64,000 bases of DNA from Anthoceros angustus. Taxonomy: Eukaryota; Plantae; Anthocerotophyta. Positions within the stretch are counted from its first letter, which is position 1. Each line of letters starts with the position of its first letter. A program made the translations under genes and the position numbers. Below the pieces are notes generated by a model, which made no database searches, was not told the DNA's origin, and worked only from the letters and a program-made list of their open reading frames with translations. The DNA is taken from NCBI GenBank assembly GCA_010909165.1, contig VJWM01000068.1:186001-250000 (forward strand). The letters run 5' to 3'. Of the stretch, positions 14,662 through 27,125 are shown piece after piece.

Positions 14662-15804
14662 TCAGTTCTCCTCAGTCGGTGCAGCAGGAGGCGGTGCTTG
14701 TGCCTCCTGGTCAGCCTGCTCAGGACTGGCGTCAGCCTGACCAGCTCTTCTTCCACAGCGCATGTGGCGATGGCCGTGGAGATGGCGGCGGAGGCCACGG
14801 TGGCGCCCCATCGGCGCCACCGGCTCCGAGCTCTCACCTTCCGCAACAGCTGGGAGCTCAGTTTGCGGGACAGCTTCAGGATGAATCTGCATGCCCCTGC
14901 CCCGGCCGCGTCGAAGTCCAGCGAAGTGCGGGTGAGCATGGATTCCACCGACGCCGGGACCACGGTGAGGCCCCTGGCGGTGGAGGCCGGCGGGGCCGTG
15001 GTGAGGGTGAAGACCCCAGAGCATCACTAGGGCGGGTGAGCCACGGGGAGGACCGTGCTGCGGGCCATGGCGGTGGCGAGGGCTGCCGCCCCGGGACATC
15101 ATCAGGTCGGAAGGGCCGCGGCGAGGAGCATGGCCGTGATGCGGGCCACGGCGGTGGTGAGTATGGCCACCCCGGAACGTCATCAGGTCGGAAGGGCCGT
15201 GGTGAGGAGCAGGGCCGTGATGCGGGCCATGGGGGTGGTGAGGATGGCCACCCCGGACCATCATCAGGTTGGAAGGCCCGTGGTGAGGAGCAGGGCCGTG
15301 ATGCGGGCCATGGCGGTGGTGAGGATGGGCACCCCGGAACATGATCAGGTCGGAAGTCCCGTGGTGAGGAGCAGGGCCGTGGTGCGGGCCATGGCGGTGG
15401 TGAGGATGGGCACCGCGGAACATGATCAGGTCGGAAGGCCCGTGGTGAGGAGCAGGGCCGTGGTGCGGGGCATGGAGGTGGTGAGGGTGAAGTCCCCGGC
15501 GCATCCTCATCCTCAGCGGGTGAGGAGACACGGATCGGTGCATGCCAAGGCTGGAAGGCGGGGCAGAGGTGCCCCGGTGATGCCGGCAACGCCTGGCAGG
15601 GGACAGGGAGCGGCCATGCCTCACAGCAAGGCCGAGGGCTCCGCCGGGTCCGTATCTGTGGTGGTGAAGGTGGTGGCGGATTAGGCCCAGTCCGGCAATA
15701 GCATGGCGGCGGCCATGGCCGCGGCCCCGACCGCCGGCGCGGCAGCTGCGCTCACTGGTCTGCGCAGGGATGGCGGTGGCAAGGGTTGCCATAGCCGTAG
15801 TCAT
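14662..15804 (-). CDS. Orphan histidine/proline/glycine/arginine-rich repeat protein (~380 aa, probably disordered)
   Basis: Open frame from ATG at 15804 (MTTAMATL...) to TGA at 14662, with five 27-aa repeats. Several inter-repeat changes are synonymous in this frame (CGC/CGG, GGC/GGG, CAC/CAT). No family recognised. Confidence 0.55.
   Translation of the reverse strand: MTTAMATLATAIPAQTSERSCRAGGRGRGHGRRHAIAGLGLIRHHLHHHRYGPGGALGLAVRHGRSLSPARRCRHHRGTSAPPSSLGMHRSVSPHPLRMRMRRGLHPHHLHAPHHGPAPHHGPSDLIMFRGAHPHHRHGPHHGPAPHHGTSDLIMFRGAHPHHRHGPHHGPAPHHGPSNLMMVRGGHPHHPHGPHHGPAPHHGPSDLMTFRGGHTHHRRGPHHGHAPRRGPSDLMMSRGGSPRHRHGPQHGPPRGSPALVMLWGLHPHHGPAGLHRQGPHRGPGVGGIHAHPHFAGLRRGRGRGMQIHPEAVPQTELPAVAEGESSEPVAPMGRHRGLRRHLHGHRHMRCGRRAGQADASPEQADQEAQAPPPAAPTEEN
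15060..15490. repeat. 81-bp tandem repeat x~5 inside the His-rich ORF
   Basis: (c/g)atcagg(t)cggaag recurs at 15100, 15181, 15262, 15343, 15424 (period 81). Confidence 0.92.
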
Positions 15805-17090
15805 GCTGGAAAAGCTGAGATCGAAAGGAAAGCTTGCGGGACTCAAGACGCCAAGCTCGAAGGTGATGTTGGAGATCTTCCGCGAGGTGGATGCTCCTCT
15901 GGTAAAGTTGAGGAGATCAAGGTAAGGTCAAGGCGATGGTCCAGGTAAGGGAATTGCTGAGGTCACGCCAAAGCCCGCACGACGGCAGCAAATCGGCTGG
16001 GCAGGGCAGCAGGAGGCGGTTTAAGCTCGCGGCAAGGTAGCAAGGCTGGCTGCTGGTCAGGGCAGCAGGAGGCGGTTCAAGCTCGCGCCAAGGTAGCAAG
16101 GCTGGCTGCTGGTCAGGGCAGCAGGAGGCGGTTCAAGCTCGCGCCAAGGTAGCAAGGCTGGCTGCTGGTCAGGGCAGCAGGAGGCGGTTCAAGCTCGCGC
16201 CAAGGTAGCAAGGCTGGCTGCTGGTCAGGCAGCAGGAGGCGGTTCAAGCTCGCGCGCAGGTAGCAAGGCTGCTGGTCAGGGCTGCAGGAGGATGCTCAAA
16301 CTCAGCGGGTGAGGAGACACGGATCGGTGCATGCCAAGGCTGGAAGGCGGGGCAGAGGTGCCCCGGTGATGCCGGCAACGCCTGGCAGGGGACAGGAGCA
16401 GCCATGCCTCACAGCAAGGCCGAGGCTCCGCCGGGTCCGTATCTGTGGTGGTGAAGGTGGTGGCGGATTAGGCCCAGTCCGGCAATAGCATGGCGGCGGC
16501 CATGGCCGCGGCCCCGACCGCCGGCGCGGCAGCTGCGCTCACTGGTCTGCGCAGGGATGGCGGTGGCAAGGGTTGCCATAGCCGTAGTCATGCTGGAAAA
16601 GCTGAGATCGAAAGGAAAGCTTGCGGGACTCAAGACGCCAAGCTCGAAGGTGATGTTGGAGATCTTCCGCGAGGTGGATGCTCCTCTGGTAAAGTTGAGG
16701 AGATCAAGGTAAGGTCAAGGCGATGGTCCAGGTAAGGGGAATTGCTGAGGTCACGCCAAAGCCCGCACGACGGCAGCAAATCGGCTGGGCAGGGCAGCAG
16801 GAGGCGGTTTAAGCTCGCGGCAAGGTAGCAAGGCTGGCTGCTGGTCAGGGCAGCAGGAGGCGGTTCAAGCTCGCGCCAAGGTAGCAAGGCTGGCTGCTGG
16901 TCAGGGCAGCAGGAGGCGGTTCAAGCTCGCGCCAAGGTAGCAAGGCTGGCTGCTGGTCAGGGCAGCAGGAGGCGGTTCAAGCTCGCGCCAAGGTAGCAAG
17001 GCTGGCTGCTGGTCAGGGCAGCAGGAGGCGGTTCAAGCTCGCGCGCAGGTAGCAAGGCTGCTGGTCAGGGCTGCAGGAGGATGCTCAAAC
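15512..17090. repeat. ~790-bp tandem duplication (15512-16300 / 16301-17090); each copy carries a 56-bp tandem array
   Basis: ctcagcgggtgaggagacacgg at 15512 and 16301. The 56-bp unit ggtagcaaggctggctgctggtcagggcagcaggaggcggttcaagctcgcgccaa starts at 16036, 16092, 16148, 16204 and again at ~16824-17050. Confidence 0.92.
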
Positions 17091-18356
17091 TCGAGCGAAG
17101 GCAGCAAGGCTGCTGATCAGGGCAGCGGCAGGTTGATCAAGCTCGCGCGAAGGTAGCAAGGCTGCTCGGCAGGGCTGGAGTAGGAGGAGAGTCTTCCTCA
17201 AGTCTGGTCTTCTCAGGTCCGCCGTGCAGGTCGTGCTGCAAAGTGTGACTTGCTGAATGACTGAGCCCGAGCTCCCCTTCTTATGGCAGCCCGTAGCTTG
17301 CCTTGCACGAAAAGTTTGAGGTAAAGTGTGACGCGTTCGGTAAGCGTAGGGCACGCGGCGTAGTCCGCGTGAGGTGTCCTTGGTCGACCATCGTCGGTCC
17401 TTCCTATTCCTAATCCTAATCCAGCCACCTCAACTGGATAACTCCTGACGTCGGGTAAATAGTCAGGAAGCAAACTAAAAACCGGCTACTTCCAAATCCA
17501 GTGACATCACTAGCCTTCAGCATCGCGAAGCAAACCACTGTGGAGGATATGATTTGGATCGTTCCAAGCACCTTGGGCATCTGATTCGGAATGCTCCGAG
17601 CACTATAGCCTCCGACTTGGACACCATGGCTATAGTAAAGTAGGCAAGGATACATGTGCAAAGAGCCTCCGGATTGGAGCGATGGAAATAAGAGATGCAT
17701 TGACATGAAAATTGGGCCCCATATGGGAGACTAGAGGGTGTAGTCTCTAAAGGGCCACAATGTAGAGGGTGGAAGTTGTAGATACATGCACGAAGAATTG
17801 AACCTCCGAAACATAGGTGTGTGGAGATGATAGGTATGTACATGGGAGATAAATCTGAGCCTCGTATTGGAGTGGTGAGAAAATAGATACATCGACGATG
17901 AATTGAGCTTGAGCTTGAGCTTTAGCTTGGGCCTGAGCCTAAGTGCCTGAGCTGAGCTGATGTGAGTGAGTTACAATAATCACTCGGCGAATTTACATTT
18001 GGGGGAGAAAGGCCCCAAAAACTGTTTTAGTTGTGAGCTTGTGTGAAGGTTATGTGGCCTTGATCAATCACCTAAGCCGCTGGCCAACCCTCTTGTCAGA
18101 AATGCAAAAGGAAACTCGCAAGCAGAAGTCTAAAGAAGGAATTGAAGGAAGGAAAGGACGCCAGCTCGGAACGCTGCACATAGCAAGCCCTTGCGTGTTG
18201 AAGGGCCAGGCTGGCGCGTTGCTGGTGCTTTGTTGATGGTGGTGGTGGTGTGGTAGAGCTTGTTGATGTTGATGTTGGTGTTGCATTGCCTTGCCTTGCC
18301 CTGCCCTCCCTTGCGAGATGTGAAGGAAAGAATGAAACGACTAGGAGTCGATCAGT

Positions 18357-20338
18357 CTAGGCCACAGCGGCACAGACGGGAGGGCCCTGTTGATCAGACC
18401 ACAGGCTGCTCCAGAAGGCGTCCTGCCCAGCCTCCCCCAGCTCCGCCGATATGGAGTGCGACAGTTTGGGCGTGTAGGAAAGGTTCCAGGACGGACTCGC
18501 AAACGCCGACGCCGCCACGCTCTCCGCCAGAGCCGGGATGAAGCTGATGCTGCAGGCCTGATCGAACATGGCGTCGTGCACGGTGGGGCAGGGGCAGCAG
18601 GAATCGAAATCCGGCTGCGTCTGCGGCTTCTGCTCCTGCAAGCCCTGCAAATCCTCCTCTTCCCGCTCCTGCTGCTGCGGCTGCGAGGGCGCGTGCTCCT
18701 GCTCGGCATCGGCCTCGGCCTCGGCAGCGGTGAAGAGCGAGGCGTTGAACGACGGCGAGATGGCAATCCCCGCGCTGCTCCCGCTGCTGCAGCTGCTCAG
18801 GCTGGCGGCAGCCGGAGCGGGGGCCAGCACAGGTCCCGATCCCCCGCTCCCGCTCCCGGACTGCGCGCTGGCCGCGCTGCTCTGGTAGCACCGCAGCATG
18901 TACTCCTGCATCGCGTTCCGTCCCCGGCTCCCGGAATCGAACACGGGGAAGGCGGCCGGGGGCATGGAGTCGTAGCTGGTGCTGCATCGCTGCATGGAGG
19001 ACACGCCGACGCCGACGCCGACGCCGACCCCGACGCCCGGCCCGTCCAGCCTGGCCTGATCCAGGCTCCGGTGCAGAGCCACCTCCAGCTCCATCTCCAG
19101 CTCCTGGCCCGGGCCGACGCAGCTCGGGCAGTCCCCGGGCCCCCCGCAGTCCGCAAACCCGCCAGGCCCGCTCCCAGCGCTCGGACGCTGCTGCTGCGCA
19201 TGCTGGCCGTGGGGCGTGGATCTGCCGCCGTACACGAAGCTGTTGGCGTAGTTGTGCGATCTCTCGGGGGCGTACATCTCCACGGAATGCGCCGACGCTG
19301 CAGCGGAAGCAGAGGGAGCGGAATTGGGTGGTCCAGGGGGCGGCATCGAGGGCTCCGCCCTGGCCGAGCCCTTGAGCGCCCTGTTCAGCTTCTCCCGCAG
19401 CGCACCGTAGATGTCCGCCTCGCCTACCCCTCTCCGCGGGCTCGCATTGCCCAAATTCCCGTACCCGGCCAGGCCGCGGGGCCCCTGCTGGCCATGGGCC
19501 TGGTTCTCCAGCAGGACCGACTGCGGGCTGCCCAAATCCAGGCTCTTGTAATTCGTGCAGGAGTCGTCCTCGGAGTCGGAATGCGGGCGGTCCTGGCCAT
19601 GGCAGTGCTGCACCAAATTCATCCTCCCGCTTGCCTGCTCGCCCAGATTGAACGCCGCCTGCTGCTGCTGGCTCTGATGCTGCTGCCGCTGCTGCTGCTG
19701 CTGCTGGAGCTGGCCAGGTGCTCCCAGCCCGTGGTGCCCATGTCCGGCCAGGGCCGAGCGCAGGCCGTTGCTGCCATTGCTCATGTTGCTCAGGCTGCTC
19801 ATGTTGCTCATGCTGCTCATGCTGCTCATGCTGCTCATGCTGCTCATGTTGCTAATGTTGTTGTTGTTGTTGTTGATGTTGTTGCAAGAGGAGGCGGCGG
19901 CCGACTGCACCCGCTGGAGAAGAATCCTGGCAGCCGCCTTGGACGGAAGCAGGAGAGCGCCGGGGGAGTCTGCCAGTGCGAAATTGGTCCTGGTGTGAGC
20001 TCCACGCAGAGCCCTGGCGGCGTCGTCGTACGCTCTTGCCGCGTCCTCCGCATTGTCGAACGTCCCCAGCCACAGCCGGATCCTCTGGTTGGAGTCCTTG
20101 ATCTCCGCCACCCACCTTCCCGACGGGCGCTGCCTCACCCCACGAACCTCCTCCTGCCCGCTCCCCGCCCGCCCTTTCTCCCGCTGCCCGCCGCCGCCGC
20201 TGTCCCAGAAGCCGGCTTCCTCTCCGCCTCGCAGCTGGTGACTTCCATGTCCACCACATGGCCCTGCCCGTCCGACCCCGCCGACGACGCCGGCGACTGG
20301 CTCGTGTCCTCGTTCCACCCCGCCCCCTTGCTCGCCAT
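18357..20338 (-). CDS. AP2/ERF transcription factor, ERN1/RAP2.11-like (group V), intronless, with an apparent 1-nt frameshift at 20138-20141
   Basis: [11 protein letters not shown]...GRRRFVG (ATG 20338) joins [53 protein letters not shown] if one G is added to the G4 run. Long low-complexity C-terminus (poly-N, SSM repeats, poly-Q, GV repeats). Stop at 18357. Confidence 0.9.
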
Positions 20339-20992
20339 CGCCAATTCCACCGCCCAACAAGACCCGACTGCTATGACATGCACAATCGCGATTGCCCAGG
20401 GAGCAACGCCCACGAAATGAAGCAAAAGAAGGAGAACCCACAAAAACCCACCAAAAGAAGGAAGTTGCAATGAGAAGAAAGGGAGCTGCAACGAGGAGAA
20501 GGATAGAGGAGGAGGAGGTGCTGGAGTCGGTAAGGTAACCGAGAAGAGGAGGAGAAGGGAGGAGGGAAGGATATAACCAGAGAGCGAACAGGAAACCACA
20601 AGACAAGGAAGGGGAAGGGAAGAGAGAACGGGGAGGCAGGCAGGCAGTGCAGGCAGTGCAGGCAGGCAAGTAGATCTGGGCAGCAGGCAGGCTACCTTGG
20701 CTTGAATTGCAGGGTGTGCAGCAGGCCTGAGTGGCAGAGAAGAAAGAGGAAATGTGGGGGCGTGCGAGCTCAAGTTGCACTACTTGAGGCAGGCAGCGCA
20801 AACGACAAGCAGCTCCGCCAAGCCCTGGAGCTCGCCCACCTAATCGCACTTGCCACTGCTGCGGCTACTGTGCTGGAGCAGCTGGGACTAGGTCTGGGTC
20901 AGGATCTGGGTCATGGTAACCCAACACGATATCAATGCTATTGCTGGCAGCAAGCCGGCGATGGCTACATCAACTGCGTTCCCCCGATTCTT

Positions 20993-21038
20993 GACCGGAC
21001 CAGGACCGGGCCGGACCGGACTGGACCGGACCGGACCG
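20993..21038. repeat. Degenerate (GACCG)n pentanucleotide microsatellite upstream of the ERF gene
   Basis: gaccggaccaggaccgggccggaccggactggaccggaccggaccg. Confidence 0.8.
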
Positions 21039-22406
21039 TGGGCATCTATTCTTGGGGGCATTCAACCGGGTCCGCCTCGGCCTCGCCCTGGAAGATGCGC
21101 ACGCTGCACCGCCTGCAAGCCGGCCACGTGGAGGCCCTACAGGCTATGCGAGCAGCTACACCCTCTCCACTTGCACCTTTCATTTAATGCCGCCCTCTCT
21201 AATCCACCTGGTACCCGCCTGAATTCAATTCCCAGCTTCTCAGCTTCCTCTTGTTGTGGGCACTGGCATCTCCTCAGGCATCTCCCGCTGTCTGTACATG
21301 TAACCACATCCATGTCTTCACCTTCAAGACGTTGGCTATGTATGTACATACTGTGCATCCACTTCCACCTCTCACGGGTTCCTCTCTGACGAAGAAGTCT
21401 GCCCAATCGGGGACGGTGGGATGCCCACGCTTACCGTTGGGCCAATCGGGCTACAGGGAGCTTTTGGCAGAAAAGCCATTGGAGGGCCTAAGAATCTGGT
21501 CAGAGACTGGGCTGCTGCAAGTTGTGGATCGAAGACTAGTGGACCCTTTTCGATCGTATGCCTCGCTTCGCCACAGGAAAAATAAAACTGTAACGAGGCT
21601 TTACAAAGCCCCTCCATGTGCCGCCTGGTGATGACGTCTTCCTAGATTTGGCACCGTACTTTGTCTCACCTTCTCCACCAGGGCGCCGTGGACTCCATCC
21701 TACCAGTGCACACCATCGCCGTCGGGACTCGGCTATCTATCTGATTACATATCTCCTAACATATCTTAGCGTTTGTTGTTTCGGGGACCGGAATTTGTGT
21801 CCGGCAGAGGGACCCATTTACAGCAGCCTAACCTAGAGCTGCAGTGTCGTGGTGGCCCGGGCTTGGAGATCATTGCCTTGCGCGGCGGCCGCGGGCTGCT
21901 TCCAGAGCCTGTCCCGGGACCGGAGGCGCATTTAATGGCCGCCCAGTATGGGGTATCGGAATTGGAGGGAGGTTGCTGTCCAGACTCCAGAGCACCTGAA
22001 GCGACTGACATGGATCTGATGTGAGATTGTATGTACATGTATGTGTGAAACGGTCATGGTGATAATCCTGTGATAAAGGGTGGAAGATGGGAGATCACGA
22101 GGCACGAGTCCGGGAGCTGCTCCCGAGTAGGGAAAGGGGAAAAAAAGCAGCGGCTGCCATGGCATCACATGGCATGACATTATACATGACAGCATCTCTC
22201 GAAATCGTGATTCGGTCTGAACCACTAGCACGGCAGAGCGCAGATCCCCAACGCAGCCAGGCGTGTCACCCCTCGATCTGCGCAGAGCGGGATTGGAATC
22301 CATCAGCATCTGAGCTAGATGAGATCTTGCCTTTGCGTATGCTAATTGACGCGAGGGTGCGTCTTGCAGAATTGATCAGGAGAGGATTAGGAGACTCATG
22401 CTACCA

Positions 22407-22407
<1 letters not shown>

Positions 22408-22440
<33 letters not shown>
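22408..22440. repeat. (CTG)11 microsatellite
   Basis: Perfect CTG run of 33 bp. Confidence 0.95.
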
Positions 22441-22442
<2 letters not shown>

Positions 22443-24092
22443 CTTTTGGCCGCTCCGAGGCGAGGGAAAGATCTGTGAAATTCACGAGGTGGGTTGGATG
22501 TCTTGGATGTGCGTGTGGGCGAGCTTCTTGCGCTGTGACCGATGAACGTGCCATGTCATGGATATCAGTCCGAGGATGCTCGAAACTGCTACATCCAATG
22601 CCTTGTGGGTTGCACAGTTTCACAAGCAGAATTACGCGAGGGGGGAGGCTGGTGTACCGGTTGGTGGGATGCTGCTGCTGCTAGGGCTGGGCAAGGGCGA
22701 TGGGCTGGGCAACATATTTAGCAAGCCACCTCCCTCGGACGAGCCTGACACTGTTTAGGAGGGTGGACAGGCCTCGAGATGGGCACCATGGGGGTGTGAC
22801 CCGCCTCCCACAGTGCGGTAGGACAAAGTGAGCCCAACACAAAAAACAAATGCCCCAGCACACATCGAGCTTGATCTCTTCCTGACCCCAACAACATGGG
22901 AGGGATTCTCTCATCCACTCTACAGTACTGGCCAGAAACTACCAACAATTAGTGCAAATCCCTGGAACACAACACAGCACAACGTGGAGGGGATGGCTAT
23001 ATCTAGGTCAAGCGCCATAACTGCTGCTACTGCAGCTGAACATATGGACTTACACAGGAGAAGAGCAATCTCGCTGCCCATGCCTTTTCATCGGCTGGAA
23101 CGCCCTTTCTGTGTGCTCTGCAACCTAACGCTGCCATCGGCATCCACGTGGCATCGCCCCAGCTTGTGTGCACTGGCTCGCATTCCGCCTTCAGGCCGAC
23201 GACACAACAGTGTGCCACTGCCAGTGCCGCGGCCTGTGATGAGGGTATTTTTGTCTCCACACAGTCTTTCCCCTGACTGCGCTCCTCGGTCATCCCAGCT
23301 TTTCTTTTACACACATCATTTCAAGGCTTTTCAAAAGGGCCTCTCATCATCTAGCACAAAAATCAGCTACGCCTTTGTCTCTTCCACTTTCGGCCTACAC
23401 GCAAGCTGCGCTGCGCTTTACCCACATGGCCAGGCTAGGCTGCGTGTGATCCCATTCCGGCTTTGTGACCCGGGCTCGTCGAGAGACCCCCGCTGATCTC
23501 AGCACCCTCACCTCCGTTCCACTTGGCTTCCGCCTACATCAGCAGGGACCCATGTGGGGATTCGAGCTGCACCCAGCCCTCATGACATTGTGAAGCTGCC
23601 AGGGACTCTCATCGGTAGTGAAGTGAAAGATGCCCCTGGTAACATGACCGTAAGTGAGGTGAACTTGCCAAGGATATTACAGATTCTCTCGTCTGCAATT
23701 CCAAGAAGATTTCTGCATACATACAGCGCTACATAGGAGGAGGAACACGCAGATGCCATATGGCACTTCGCTCCAAGTGTAGCTGGTGCCGCCACCCAAG
23801 CTCTCAGTGCAGGCTCCCCAGCGGTTGGAAGTCAGGACCCAACACGGTTTCCGCGACCCAACGTGGTGCTGTAGAGACATACGGTTTCAGACCATGTACG
23901 TACAGTGTCCATTAAATCGTATGTTTCCTTAGCAGTAAATATACGGTGCCCATGCGATGTACTTGGCCTTATTATATCGACTGCATCGACCGCTTGGTCC
24001 AATCGAAATAAAATTGGGGAACTTACTTTCTGTCGCATGGCTTGTGTCCGCTGTTTGAGCAAGTATTTCTCTCGACATCCTTTGGCATTTCC

Positions 24093-27000
24093 TTTGTCGA
24101 TATCAGCGTCTTGGGCTGATTCCGTCCGTAAGGGCTATGTGCTAAAATGGTCGTCAGTACATGGTTTTTTCCCGCTAAAAATTAATAACGCATCACTATC
24201 CATTACAATGTTTTAAACTAGGTACATGTTTATTTTGTTGTGTAAGAAAATTCATCTTTGATGTAATATTATATTCCAACAATAAATCTGTTTTAATATT
24301 TTCTCCAGATGATCATTTGAAATAGAAGCCATTGTGGCATATGAACTCATGCATACACACGGTCAACACTCGGTTATATTCTCCGATGTTACCTGTGCAT
24401 ATGCCCATCACCAATGCAACGAGTACCAGATTTGCATCCATATATCATGAAATTGCTGATACTCTCCTACAGCAAAGGTTATAGGTGATGCACTCCGTGA
24501 GCACGAGTATAATAAAAACTGGTTGCCCAGAGCAAGGCTTTAAGAAAGGTTATAAGTTGTGTGCAAGGTTTTAAGAGAGGTCATAAGTTGTGCGTTAGGA
24601 TGAACATCGTCTGTTGATGGATGTCGATGCTACACAATTTGTAGACATGACAAGTGTAGTTTAGTTAAAAGACGAAATACGATTTGAACTAAACCGAATT
24701 TCTCTCTATATAATTCAGCTTCAACTAAGATGAAACGAGGATGTTTTAATATTTTTTATTAACTTGAATTTAAATCAAGGTCAACTTACATACGCTTGAG
24801 GTCCGTTTTATGAACAGCACTAACCCTTTTGCATTGGAGTTCACAGCCGCCACGTTATTCCTTTTGCATTGGAGTTCACAGCCGCCACGTTATTCCTTTT
24901 GCATTGGAGTTCACAGCCGCCACGTTATTCCTTTTGCATTGGAGTTCACAGCCGCTACGTTAATTTTGCATCGAAGTTCAATGTCACCACATTAACCCTT
25001 TCGCAATGGAGTTCACCATCATCGCTATTGTTGTTGTAGCTGCACCAAAGTGGCTACAAGAGTAGTCCATGGAGTCGATAGTGATACTGGTCGTTAAAGA
25101 AAATCAAAAGTTACTTCATAGTTCGTCATAAATATGTCCAAGAAAATTCATGCGATTCGTTTCAAGTTTCTCCAGTATCTCCAGATTTAGGTTTATCCTG
25201 TTCTCCATTGACTATTAACTTAAGCCCTTGCTTTCGAAGGAGATTAAAGATCTCCTAACTTTATCTCCAACTAAATAGCTTCTGGGATCACCGGTTCTGC
25301 TGATGCCTTCCTCCTTTACATCAGATCTGTTGCTCGAGTTGTCTTCCAGAAACGCTTCGGTGCCCTTATCCCACTGCAGCTAGGTGTAATTACTCCTTAT
25401 ATCCCACAAACAAACGGCCCCCACATGTTTCTCTTAGGTCCTCATACCAATTTGCGAAACTCTCTTCCCTATCTACTTCGCTTTTCCAATAGTTGTGGCA
25501 AAACTTGATAACCATTCTTGTGCTTTGGTCTTCCTGTTCAACATTGTTTGCTCTTTTTATCATTCTCTATTGATTTCCCTCTCCTCACTTTTCTTTTTTT
25601 TAATTGCTACCAACATATCTACGTCATTTGTCGATATCAGCGTCTTGGGCTGATTCCGTCCGTAAGGGCTATGCTAAAATGGTCGTCAGTACATGGTTTT
25701 TTCCCGCTAAAAATTAATAACGCATCACTATCCATTACAATGTTTTAAACTAGGTACATGTTTATTTTGTTGTGTAAGAAAATTCATCTTTGATGTAATA
25801 TTATATTCCAACAATAAATCTGTTTTAATATTTTCTCCAGATGATCATTTGAAATAGAAGCCATTGTGGCATATGAACTCATGCATACACACGGTCAACA
25901 CTCGGTTATATTCTCCGATGTTACCTGTGCATATGCCCATCACCAATGCAACGAGTACCAGATTTGCATCCATATATCATGAAATTGCTGATACTCTCCT
26001 ACAGCAAAGGTTATAGGTGATGCACTCCGTGAGCACGAGTATAATAAAAACTGGTTGCCCAGAGCAAGGCTTTAAGAAAGGTTATAAGTTGTGTGCAAGG
26101 TTTTAAGAGAGGTCATAAGTTGTGCGTTAGGATGAACATCGTCTGTTGATGGATGTCGATGCTACACAATTTGTAGACATGACAAGTGTAGTTTAGTTAA
26201 AAGACGAAATACGATTTGAACTAAACCGAATTTCTCTCTATATAATTCAGCTTCAACTAAGATGAAACGAGGATGTTTTAATATTTTTTATTAACTTGAA
26301 TTTAAATCAAGGTCAACTTACATACGCTTGAGGTCCGTTTTATGAACAGCACTAACCCTTTTGCATTGGAGTTCACAGCCGCCACGTTATTCCTTTTGCA
26401 TTGGAGTTCACAGCCGCCACGTTATTCCTTTTGCATTGGAGTTCACAGCCGCTACGTTAATTTTGCATCGAAGTTCAATGTCACCACATTAACCCTTTCG
26501 CAATGGAGTTCACCATCATCGCTATTGTTGTTGTAGCTGCACCAAAGTGGCTACAAGAGTAGTCCATGGAGTCGATAGTGATACGGAGTCAGGTTAAAGA
26601 AAATCAAAAGTTACTTCATAGTTCGTCATAAATATGTCCGAAGAAATTACTGTACAGTTCGTTTCAAGTTTCTCCAGTATCTCCAGATTTAGGTTTATCC
26701 TGTTCTCCATTGACTATTAACTTAAGCCCTTGCTTTCGAAGGAGATTAAAGATCTCCTAACTTTATCTCCAACTAAATAGCTTCTGGGATCACCGGTTCT
26801 GCTGATGCCTTCCTCCTTTACATCAGATCTGTTGCTCGAGTTGTCTTCCGTAAACGCGTGCCCTTATCCCACTGCAGCTAGGTGTAATTACTCCTTATAT
26901 CCCACAAACAAACGGCCCCCACATGTTTCTCTTAGGTCCTCATACCAATTTGCGAAACTCTCTTCCCTATCTACTTCGCTTTTCCAATAGTTGTGGCAAA

Positions 27001-27125
27001 ACTTGATAACCATTCTTGTGCTTTGGTCTTCCTGTTCAACATTGTTTGCTCTTTTGTCTGTTCTCTATTGATTTCCCTCTCCCTCACTTTTCTTTTTTTT
27101 TAATTGCTACCAACATATCTACGTC
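24093..27125. repeat. ~1.53-kb tandem duplication (24093-25625 / 25627-27125) inside an AT-rich island, with an internal ~35-bp tandem repeat (one more unit in the first copy)
   Basis: tttgtcgatatcagcgtcttgggctgattccg at 24093 and 25627. Unit ccttttgcattggagttcacagccgccacgttatt at ~24825-24960 and ~26357-26460. Confidence 0.93.

Noticed and set aside
14679-15684. Plus-strand ORFs over the 81-bp repeats
   Set aside because: Open frames are expected in GC-rich repeats whose period is divisible by three; the synonymous pattern favours the minus strand.
18390-20420. 676-aa plus-strand ORF antisense to the ERF gene
   Set aside because: Shadow ORF of GC-rich coding sequence with no recognisable domain.
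20339-20849. Long N-terminal extension of the 830-aa ERF ORF
   Set aside because: It reads through a pyrimidine-rich 5' leader and is better explained by the single-G frameshift and ATG at 20338.
21100-23800. Numerous short ORFs upstream of the ERF gene
   Set aside because: No recognisable domains or consistent splice structure; probably an extended regulatory/intergenic region.
24825-24960. ~35-bp repeats as a CRISPR array
   Set aside because: Units are directly adjacent with no unique spacers, there are no cas genes, and the context is eukaryotic.
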